From: Kiritimatiellia bacterium | Lineage (GTDB): Bacteria; Verrucomicrobiota; Kiritimatiellia; RFP12; UBA1067 | Direction: 5' to 3' | Assembly (NCBI GenBank): GCA_017520845.1 | Contig: JAFXEU010000052.1 | Location: 23,621 to 87,620 of the forward strand | DNA length: 64,000 nucleotides | Part shown: positions 56,869 through 64,000 of the stretch, piece by piece | Position numbering within the stretch: the stretch's first letter is position 1 | Layout: every line of letters starts with the position of its first letter | Made by a program: the position numbers and the translations under genes | The notes under the pieces: generated by a model | What the model was told of the DNA's origin: nothing | Database searches by the model: none | What the model saw: the letters and a program-made list of their open reading frames with translations, nothing else

Positions 56869-58583
56869 TTCGACTCCGGCTCCTTCCCGTTGAGCTTCCA
56901 TTCAAAAACATACGCCTTCAAGCAGGTGTCGCTGCTCACATTCGGCTCGGCGATGGTATTTGTTTTTTTGCGTATGACGTCAATACCCTTCTTTTTGAAT
57001 GCGGCGATTATACCGTCGACATCCGCATCGGAAGACCCCCATTTATACAAGGTAAAATGCACTCCCGGCACTTCAACCGGCTCGTTGGTCCTGCTTCTCG
57101 CCCTCCTGTCCCTTCTGCTTCTGGGCTTTCTGTCCTTCGGTTCTTCTTTCGGTTCAGCGTCCTTTATTTTAACTTCTTCCCACTTGCCGATCCACATTCC
57201 CTTCGACTCGACCACGCCGCGCACGTCGTTCACCTTCTTGAGATAATCGTCGTGCCGGGTAATCTGTTTGAGAAACTCCTTGGCCTCGACAACCTTCGCC
57301 TCGTACTTTTTATTCTGGGCGTCGTTGTAGGCCTTGTTGCCTTCCAAAACTCTGAGTCTGGGCTCGTATTCGCTCTTCTTGGCGTCAAGCCGGCTCAACT
57401 CGCCGGACTGGACGAAATACCAAAGCGCGCCTGCCGCGGCAAGAGCGACGGCACCTATCGTCACGAACGGAATCCGCGCCGCCTCCCTGCGGGCCTCCGT
57501 GATCGACGGCGGCAGAAGATTGATGGAGATCGGCGAGGATCCGCCGGCGTGAAGCGCCAGACCCGTGGTCGCCGCGAGGTACACGCTGTCGCGCTCGATA
57601 TCGGAAGTGTCGCACGACGATCCTACCCCTGCAACATCGAACGGGTTAAGAAACGCGACCTCGATCTGAAGGGAATCCTGGAAGAAATCCGCGATCTGGG
57701 GAAGAAGCGCACAGCCGCCTGTCAGATAAAGCCTGGTCGGCATCGCCCCGCCCTGCTGACTGCGGTAGAAGTTGACTGAACGCGTGATTTCCGCATGCAG
57801 GCGCGTCATCACCGAACGGCATATCTTCGAGACGTGATCGAGCGTTTCATCCTCGTCTTCGGTCACGCCGCCCATAGACACGTATGCGTTCCGGCACTTG
57901 TAATTCTCGGCGTCTTCCTGGCTGCAGCCCAAAGTCTGGGCGATTTCCTTGGTGATCGTGTTGCCCGCGACGGGAATGGCGCGGTTGTAGATTTTCTCGC
58001 CTTCGACGATAGAAAGCGAAGTCGTCTTCGCGCCGATATCGAGAAGAATCGCGCAGCCGCCGTCGTAGGCGGGACTTGCGCGGAGAAGATTGATGATCGA
58101 GATGGGCGCGACATCGATGATTTCAGGATCGAAGCCGGCGGACTTTACGGCCTCGACGATCTTCTCGATCTGATCGACCTTCGTCGCGACGACGATAACG
58201 GACTTGTCGCCGTTGGGCATATCTCCCAATATCTGGCTGTCGCAGACCATTTCGTCGATCGGGAACGGGATGTTCTGCTCGATCTCGTACCTGATGAGAG
58301 TCTCGAATCTTTCTTTCCCGCCCGCCATCGGTATGGCGGCGTTGCGCAGAAACGCCATCTGTCCTGAAATGCTGAGCGCGACCTTACCGGGTCTGATGCC
58401 GTTGGCGCGCATGATTTCATGAAGCGCTGGCGCGAGAATCGTGGAGGCGTTGCCCGAATCGAGCGCGGCGGCGAGCTGCGACTTGCCGTACTTCAGCAGA
58501 GTCGGGGCGCGGCCGCCGATATCATACTCCGCGAGAACGACGGTCGACGCGCCTATATTAAGAGTCAAAAGCTTCTTTCCCAT
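56865..58583 (-). CDS. PilM-like actin-fold ATPase fused to a PilN-like TM/coiled-coil C-terminal region (572 aa)
   Basis: N-terminal MGKKLLTLNIGASTVVLAEY and LLDIGAKTTSLSIV (PilM/FtsA-like), then a TM helix IPFVTIGAVALAAAGALWYF and a coiled coil. Confidence 0.7.
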   Translation of the reverse strand: MGKKLLTLNIGASTVVLAEYDIGGRAPTLLKYGKSQLAAALDSGNASTILAPALHEIMRANGIRPGKVALSISGQMAFLRNAAIPMAGGKERFETLIRYEIEQNIPFPIDEMVCDSQILGDMPNGDKSVIVVATKVDQIEKIVEAVKSAGFDPEIIDVAPISIINLLRASPAYDGGCAILLDIGAKTTSLSIVEGEKIYNRAIPVAGNTITKEIAQTLGCSQEDAENYKCRNAYVSMGGVTEDEDETLDHVSKICRSVMTRLHAEITRSVNFYRSQQGGAMPTRLYLTGGCALLPQIADFFQDSLQIEVAFLNPFDVAGVGSSCDTSDIERDSVYLAATTGLALHAGGSSPISINLLPPSITEARREAARIPFVTIGAVALAAAGALWYFVQSGELSRLDAKKSEYEPRLRVLEGNKAYNDAQNKKYEAKVVEAKEFLKQITRHDDYLKKVNDVRGVVESKGMWIGKWEEVKIKDAEPKEEPKDRKPRSRRDRRARSRTNEPVEVPGVHFTLYKWGSSDADVDGIIAAFKKKGIDVIRKKTNTIAEPNVSSDTCLKAYVFEWKLNGKEPESK

Positions 58584-58607
58584 AACCTGAAATGTTTAGT
58601 ATTGTGA

Positions 58608-59363
58608 TTATTGAGCGACGTCTTCGTAATCGTTAGGGTTGACAAGAGCCCAAATGGTCTTGGAACGGTCGACGAGACCCTGTCGGCGCTCGATCATCGG
58701 TTCGCCGTTCTTGTTCTTCGCGTCCATGACCTGGGCCTCGTTCCACCACATCGTATGGCTCTTTATTCCGGAAATCTCGCTCTCGCTGTCGCCCGCGAGA
58801 ACCTCTCCTTCCGGACTGGAGATGACAAGTCCGACCGCCTTGGGCTCGCCGTACCTTTCAAGATACGAAGGCGGAAGACAGACGCCCGCCGCATGGGAAC
58901 CGCGCGGAATATTGACATAGCTGACCGTCGTCGAGAAATATGAATACGGAGGGATCGAAGCGCGCTCTTTCCTGTCGCCCTCCGTGGCCGTCGAGGTTTC
59001 AAGGAGGACATGCCAGGTGAATACGAGCCTGTCGGTCCACTGATCGTACGTCTCGTACTTGGATTCGAGAACGATCCAGCGGCGGTCCTTCATATAGCAC
59101 TTGCCGATGATCGAACCTCCGGGAATCGCGGGGGCGGCGAGAGTCGAGGCACGGCCCGCCTTGGGAAGACGGTCCAGTCTGACGCGCGGAACCTTCGCCG
59201 ACGCCGCGGCGGGACCCGTCTGGCCGACCTGCATGCCGCCGGCGCGCGTGCCGGTACGGACGTTGCGGCTGTTCCTCCTCGGGCTCTGCGCCTCGGCGGT
59301 CGTCGCCGCGAAGACTGCGGCGATAACCGCAACGGAAAAGATGAGAAGCTTTTTCATGTTCAT
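58608..59363 (-). CDS. secreted hypothetical protein (251 aa), first gene of the pili-like cluster (position corresponds to Amuc_1102)
   Basis: Signal peptide MNMKKLLIFSVAVIAAVFAATTAEA. No recognised motifs. Confidence 0.4.
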   Translation of the reverse strand: MNMKKLLIFSVAVIAAVFAATTAEAQSPRRNSRNVRTGTRAGGMQVGQTGPAAASAKVPRVRLDRLPKAGRASTLAAPAIPGGSIIGKCYMKDRRWIVLESKYETYDQWTDRLVFTWHVLLETSTATEGDRKERASIPPYSYFSTTVSYVNIPRGSHAAGVCLPPSYLERYGEPKAVGLVISSPEGEVLAGDSESEISGIKSHTMWWNEAQVMDAKNKNGEPMIERRQGLVDRSKTIWALVNPNDYEDVAQ

Positions 59364-59376
59364 TCCTCCTGTCGTT

Positions 59377-60366
59377 TTAAAGTACTTTCATTTTTGGAAG
59401 ATCCTGGATGTCGACGACGCCTACGACATGACCCGACGGATCGCATACGGGAAGATCGTCGATACGACGCTTCTCGAACACCTTGAGAAGTTCCGCGGCA
59501 TAGACGTCGTCTCTTACGAACATCGGCGAAGGGGTCATGACGGCGGAAACCTCGCCCGCGAGCATCTTGGCCGCGTCGCCGCCCTCGCTCATGCGGCGCC
59601 TGAAATCGCCGTCCGTAAAAATTCCGAGCAGTTTCCCGCAATCGTCGACGATGACGGCCGAACCGCTTTTCGCGCGGGTCATCGCCATTAGCGTATCCAT
59701 CACGCTCGACGTCGGCGAAACGCGCGCGAGCCGGTCGCCCGTACGCATAATGTCGGTAACCTTCATCACGAGCGCGCGGCCGATGGCGCCCGCCGGATGA
59801 TTCATCGCGTATTCCTCGATCGCGAACTTCTGCGCGTCTATCAGGACCATCGCGAGCGCATCGCCCATCGCCATCGTTGCGGTCGTGGAGTTCGTCGGCG
59901 CCATCCCGAAGGGGCAGGCCTCGCGGCCGCACGGGATTTCGAGATGTATATCGCTCATCCGCGCGAGCGACGAATCGGTCTTGCCGGTCATCGAAACGAC
60001 CTTGAGCCCGTGACGGCGGATAGCGGGAATGAGTTTCAGAAGTTCGTCGGACTCTCCGCTGAACGAAAGCGCGATCAGAATATCCTTCGCGGCGACCATT
60101 CCGAGATCGCCGTGCATGGCCTGGACGGGATTGAGAACGATCGATCTTATACCCGTCGAAGCGAATATCGCGCTCATCTTCTCGGCGATATGAAGATTCT
60201 TGCCGACGCCCGAAACGACAACGATCCCGCCCGCGGCGGATGTCGCAAGTATCATCTTGACGGTATCGGTAAAGCTCTCGCCAAGTGAATCGCGCGTGCG
60301 CTTAAGCCCTTCGATTTCCACATCGAAGACCTCTGCCGCTCTTGTTATCATTTCGGTTTCAGTCAT
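59377..60366 (-). CDS. kdsD: arabinose-5-phosphate isomerase (SIS + tandem CBS)
   Basis: SIS domain (VVVSGVGKNLHIAEK...LSFSGESDE) plus two CBS domains. 329 aa, typical KdsD/KpsF. Confidence 0.8.
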   Translation of the reverse strand: MTETEMITRAAEVFDVEIEGLKRTRDSLGESFTDTVKMILATSAAGGIVVVSGVGKNLHIAEKMSAIFASTGIRSIVLNPVQAMHGDLGMVAAKDILIALSFSGESDELLKLIPAIRRHGLKVVSMTGKTDSSLARMSDIHLEIPCGREACPFGMAPTNSTTATMAMGDALAMVLIDAQKFAIEEYAMNHPAGAIGRALVMKVTDIMRTGDRLARVSPTSSVMDTLMAMTRAKSGSAVIVDDCGKLLGIFTDGDFRRRMSEGGDAAKMLAGEVSAVMTPSPMFVRDDVYAAELLKVFEKRRIDDLPVCDPSGHVVGVVDIQDLPKMKVL

Positions 60367-60422
60367 ATTCTCTTTTCTATCACCGCATTATGCTAAAAGT
60401 TTAACAAATCGCCGTCTTTTAC

Positions 60423-61469
60423 TCAAGACTGTTTTTTGCTCTGGCTCTGCAGAAGCGTTACGGCGATCGTCCCGATGATATCCTCGGCGGAGCATCCGCG
60501 GGAGAGATCGTTCATCGCCTTGGCGAGACCCTGAAGGTTCGGACCGATCGCTTCCGCGCCGCCGAGACGCTGGGCGATCTTGTAGCCGATATTGCCGGAC
60601 TGGAGATCCGGGAAGATAAAGACGTTGGCGTTGCCGTGGATCTGACCGTTGGGATTCTTGAGCTGGCCGACCGAGGGTACGATGGCCGCGTCGAACTGCA
60701 TCTCGCCGTCCATCTTGATGCCGGCGGCCTCGAACTTGGGCGCGGCGATTTCAACGGCCTTCTGAACCTTCTCGACGAGAGGACCGCCGGCGGACCCTTT
60801 TGTGGAGAACGAAAGAAACGCGACGCGCGGTTCGTTACCGGTAAGATCGCGATACGTTCTCGCCGTCGCGATGGCGATGTCGGCGAGCTGCTCGCTCGTC
60901 GGATCGGGGATGACCGCGCAATCGCCGAACGCCAAAACGCTGTCGCCGGCGGGCGTAGGCTCCTTAAGATCCATGATGAAGCACGAGCTCGCGGTCTTGA
61001 CGCCCTTCTCTGTTCCGAGCGTATGGAACGCCGCGCGGAGCATATCGCCCGTTGAAGCGATGGAACCTGCGACGAGACCGTCGGCAAGACCGAGCTTAAC
61101 CATCATGCCGCCGAAGTAGATACGCTTTGTGCGGAGAGTCTTCTGCGCCGACTCGAGATCGATGAGCCTCTGCTTCTCGGCAGGCTTTTTGGACTCCTTG
61201 GCGTTCCACGCCTCTAGGAATTCCTGCTCAAGCTTGATATCGCCCTGGGTATAGTCAATAACCTTGATGCCGCGCGCGGCCATGGAAAGACCGACCGACG
61301 CTTCGGCGAGAGCGACCTCGTCCTTCGTTCCGAGAACTATAGGCTTGCAGATCTTACGGTCAACGCATGCGCACGCGGCGGTAACGACACGCGCGTCCAT
61401 ACCTTCGGGAAGAACGATCGTGCCGTTCAGCTTCGAAGCGTTTTCGATAATCTGGTTGATTGCGTTCAT
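60423..61469 (-). CDS. pta: phosphate acetyltransferase (short PTA-domain form)
   Basis: PTA_PTB family. 348 aa. SIASTGDMLRA and GGAEAIGPNLQG motifs. Confidence 0.85.
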   Translation of the reverse strand: MNAINQIIENASKLNGTIVLPEGMDARVVTAACACVDRKICKPIVLGTKDEVALAEASVGLSMAARGIKVIDYTQGDIKLEQEFLEAWNAKESKKPAEKQRLIDLESAQKTLRTKRIYFGGMMVKLGLADGLVAGSIASTGDMLRAAFHTLGTEKGVKTASSCFIMDLKEPTPAGDSVLAFGDCAVIPDPTSEQLADIAIATARTYRDLTGNEPRVAFLSFSTKGSAGGPLVEKVQKAVEIAAPKFEAAGIKMDGEMQFDAAIVPSVGQLKNPNGQIHGNANVFIFPDLQSGNIGYKIAQRLGGAEAIGPNLQGLAKAMNDLSRGCSAEDIIGTIAVTLLQSQSKKQS

Positions 61470-61497
61470 TTTATTCAGTTTAGAATTTTAAAGTTCA

Positions 61498-61538
61498 GAG
61501 TTACTAACGACTAACCACTAATCACTAACGACTAATCA
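61498..61538. repeat. heptamer tandem array ACTAACG-ACTAACC-ACTAATC-ACTAACG-ACTAATC-ACT directly abutting the ackA stop codon, in the ackA-pta intergenic spacer
   Basis: Seen directly. On the mRNA strand it reads (GRUUAGU)n, which puts UAG/UGA stop codons in all three frames. Confidence 0.6.
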
Positions 61539-62666
61539 CTCCCCAAGCACACGGACGGTGTCGCGGGCGATCATAAGCTCCTCGTTAGTCGGGATGATGA
61601 CGACGGGAATCTTAGACGCCTTCGTGGAGATAACCGCAACCTTGCCGCGCGTCTTGTTGGCCTTCTTGTCAAGCTTGATGCCGAGAGCGCCGAGACGGTT
61701 AATGATACGCTCGCGGACCTCGGAAGAATTCTCGCCGATACCGCCCGTCATGATGATCGCGTCGGCGCCGCCGATCACCGTATTGTACGCGCCGATGTAA
61801 AGCGCCATGCGGTAGGCGAGCATTTCAAGCGCGAGCTCGGCCATCTTGTCGCCCTTCTCGGCCTTGGAAACGATGTCGCGGCAGTCGCTCGAACCGGTAA
61901 GCGCGAGAAGGCCGGACTTCTTGTTGAGAATCGTATCCATCTCGGCGGGAGTTTTCTTCTCGGCCTCCATGATTGAGAGAACGGCGGCGGTATCGATATC
62001 TCCGCAGCGCGTACCCATGATGAGACCGGCGAGCGGCGTAAGACCCATCGTCGTATCGACGCACTGACCGTTCTTGACGGCGGCGAAAGACGAGCCGTTA
62101 CCCATGTGGCACGTGACGACGTTAAGTTTCGCGAGGGGCTTCTTCAAAAACTTCGCTGCCTCCTGGACGATGAACTTGTGGCTCGTACCGTGGAAACCGT
62201 ACTTGCGGATACCCATCTTCTTGTAGTACTTCGGATCAATCGCGTACATCGCCGCGCAGTCGGGCATCGTCTGATGGAACGCGGTGTCGAACACGGCGAC
62301 GTTGGGAACGCCCTTGAAGATTTTCTCGCACGCTTCGATGCCTCCGAGATTCGGCGGCATGTGAAGAGGCCCGAACTTGACGAGCTTCTTGCACTCGGCC
62401 ATAACCTTCTTGGTAACCTTTACGGAATCCTTGAAGACCTCGGCGCCGTGAAGGACGCGATGTCCGATAGCGTCGATATCCTTGGGGTTGCCGAGCTCCG
62501 CGACCACCTGCTTGAGAGCCTCGGTGTGATCCTTCGGTCCCCCGCATCCGATGCGCTCGACGAGACCCTTGGCGAGACGCTCGCCCTTCTTCATGCTGAA
62601 GAGCTGATATTTAAGAGAGCTTGAACCGGAGTTGATTACGAGAACTTTATCGATAGCTTTTTTCAT
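61536..62666 (-). CDS. ackA: acetate kinase
   Basis: N-terminal VLVINSGSSSLKYQLF acetate/propionate kinase signature. 376 aa. Lies in an operon with pta. Confidence 0.85.
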   Translation of the reverse strand: MKKAIDKVLVINSGSSSLKYQLFSMKKGERLAKGLVERIGCGGPKDHTEALKQVVAELGNPKDIDAIGHRVLHGAEVFKDSVKVTKKVMAECKKLVKFGPLHMPPNLGGIEACEKIFKGVPNVAVFDTAFHQTMPDCAAMYAIDPKYYKKMGIRKYGFHGTSHKFIVQEAAKFLKKPLAKLNVVTCHMGNGSSFAAVKNGQCVDTTMGLTPLAGLIMGTRCGDIDTAAVLSIMEAEKKTPAEMDTILNKKSGLLALTGSSDCRDIVSKAEKGDKMAELALEMLAYRMALYIGAYNTVIGGADAIIMTGGIGENSSEVRERIINRLGALGIKLDKKANKTRGKVAVISTKASKIPVVIIPTNEELMIARDTVRVLGE

Positions 62667-62685
62667 GATTTGATAATGTTAATTT

Positions 62686-62711
62686 GCCCGCCGCTTTTTT
62701 TCGCGGCGGGC
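62686..62711. terminator. GC-rich stem-loop GCCCGCCGC-tttttttc-GCGGCGGGC between the partial upstream gene and ackA (possible terminator/attenuator)
   Basis: Perfect 9-bp GC stem. The T-run sits in the loop rather than 3' of the stem on the coding (minus) strand, so terminator function is uncertain. Confidence 0.3.
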
Positions 62712-62721
62712 TGATTTATAT

Positions 62722-64000
62722 TTATTCTGTTACGACAACCTTGAAGAATCCGCTCTTCTCAGCGCCGAGTCCGTCGATATTGATCGTCTGAGCATTGCCG
62801 CCGACGACAATCGTCTCAGTGGCCTTGACGGTCCAATCAGCGTCGGAGAGTGAAGCCTTCCAGAGAACCTGACACGTTACGGTCTTTTTGGTTTCGCCCT
62901 CAAGCGTGATGAATCCGAGGCCGTTCGTGTTGCCTTCGGCGGTATTGAGCTCTCCGTCGATTTCAACGACGACATTGCCGTTCGCGTCGAAAGATACGGA
63001 CTTGATCTCGACCGACTCGACCTTGGACTCGACCTGGATCGAACCGTTGGCTCCGACGGTAACGTCATCGGGATTGTAGCCGAGCGCAAGAGCCGTCATG
63101 GCGGGAGATGCGAACGCCGTCATGATGTAGTTGTTGTAGGCGTCGACTCGCGTTCCGCTTACAACCTTATCCTGAAGGTTATCCGCAAGCGCCTTGTTGA
63201 TGCCGAACGTCTTAAGAAGGTTCCCGTCAAGATCCTTTGTGCCGGAATTGAGATTACCGTACTTCACATACTCCCACGCGTCGGGGAGGCTGTTACCGTT
63301 CGTGTCGACATCCTCGATGTAAATGTCGACGGGCTTCTCGAAACCGTTCTTGTCGGTAAGTTCAAACGCCGTCGGATTGAACGCTCCGGCGCCGGGCTTG
63401 CCGCGACCGCAGGCGTATCCCCAAGACTCGAACGAATCGCGCTGACGCTTTACTGCATCCGCCTTGTTCAAGTCGGCATACGCTCTTAAGAAGTACCTGC
63501 CCGTCGCAAGACCGGTCAACACGGCATTCGTAGGATGCTGAACGTTCTGAGCGGTTACGGACGCGACATCGGAGACGACGGCGCGGGCCGCGGGAATTCC
63601 CGTGAAGTCCGGTGTCGTGAACGCTTCGACGACGAAGGTCGACGCGCCCGCGACGTTCGAGGGACCGAAGTACTTGACGGCCACGGGGATACTCGAATAT
63701 CCTGCGCCGTTTTCGGGTGCGCTCAGCTTAAACGAAAGTTCATTCGACCAGAGATCTGTCTTGAACTTGGCGTTGTACATCGAGACTCTCCATGTGTATG
63801 ACTCGAAGTTCTTGAGCTGATCGCCGATGTAGGCGTCGGCCTCGAACGAATAAACGTCGTCCGCGTCACGGGCGGGAACAGGAAGCGGCTGACCGTTGTT
63901 CGATTCCCAGACAACGCTGCCGCCGCTGCGAACCTGAATCTTGAATGCGGTATAACCGTTGTGACCGCCGGGCATCTTCCACTTGAAGACAGGGCTCGTC
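62722..64000 (-). CDS. secreted beta-rich hypothetical protein, C-terminal part (gene start beyond window end)
   Basis: The long minus-strand ORF runs to the window edge. Composition is Ig/fibronectin-like beta-sandwich. The track ORF 62722-63975 is probably incomplete at its N-terminus. Confidence 0.4.
   Translation of the reverse strand, partial: TSPVFKWKMPGGHNGYTAFKIQVRSGGSVVWESNNGQPLPVPARDADDVYSFEADAYIGDQLKNFESYTWRVSMYNAKFKTDLWSNELSFKLSAPENGAGYSSIPVAVKYFGPSNVAGASTFVVEAFTTPDFTGIPAARAVVSDVASVTAQNVQHPTNAVLTGLATGRYFLRAYADLNKADAVKRQRDSFESWGYACGRGKPGAGAFNPTAFELTDKNGFEKPVDIYIEDVDTNGNSLPDAWEYVKYGNLNSGTKDLDGNLLKTFGINKALADNLQDKVVSGTRVDAYNNYIMTAFASPAMTALALGYNPDDVTVGANGSIQVESKVESVEIKSVSFDANGNVVVEIDGELNTAEGNTNGLGFITLEGETKKTVTCQVLWKASLSDADWTVKATETIVVGGNAQTINIDGLGAEKSGFFKVVVTE

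Overview
This is a high-GC (about 60%) bacterial chromosomal segment. Nearly every real gene is on the minus strand, so the long plus-strand ORFs in the track are almost all antisense shadows. The gene content points to a host-glycan-foraging Verrucomicrobiota-like organism, possibly Akkermansiaceae-like; this is inference. That content includes GH20 hexosaminidase, a GH2 beta-mannosidase fusion, an SGNH esterase, a GlcNAc catabolism operon, and a PilM/secretin cluster resembling the Akkermansia Amuc_1098-1102 pili-like locus. The layout is as follows. Positions 1-23.1 kb hold one co-directional glycan-degradation and amino-sugar-catabolism locus: nagA', MFS, ROK kinase, SIS protein, nagB, SSF symporter, GH2-GH20 fusion, two paralogous giant secreted proteins, a beta-helix protein, GH20 and a GH39-like gene. 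Positions 23.3-23.9 kb are a lower-GC island with nested inverted repeats and an IS30-family transposase remnant. Positions 23.9-40.3 kb carry a tandem-SGNH esterase, recA, yraN-like, comM, gyrB/parE, purF, tRNA-Arg(CCG), glyQS, rnc, a flavoprotein and uvrA. Positions 40.3-64 kb carry a Mla-like MCE/ABC system, a GT2-GtrA plus GT-C glycosylation pair, an N-terminally truncated MurE-like ligase, rmlD, a DAACS symporter, rho, coaE, the secretin/PilM pili-like cluster, kdsD, pta-ackA and a partial secreted protein. The most unusual signals are four. (1) A small heptamer-repeat element with a canonical G-quadruplex motif is inserted in frame, in the same orientation, into two housekeeping genes, uvrA and coaE, and a related heptamer array sits between ackA and pta. 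(2) A 3+3 array of GTTACA/TGTAAC half-sites phased at 11 bp lies between gyrB and comM. (3) A conserved 18-bp perfect palindrome lies upstream of two glycoside hydrolase genes. (4) A MurE-like ligase lacks the N-terminal UDP-binding domain but keeps the DNPR motif.
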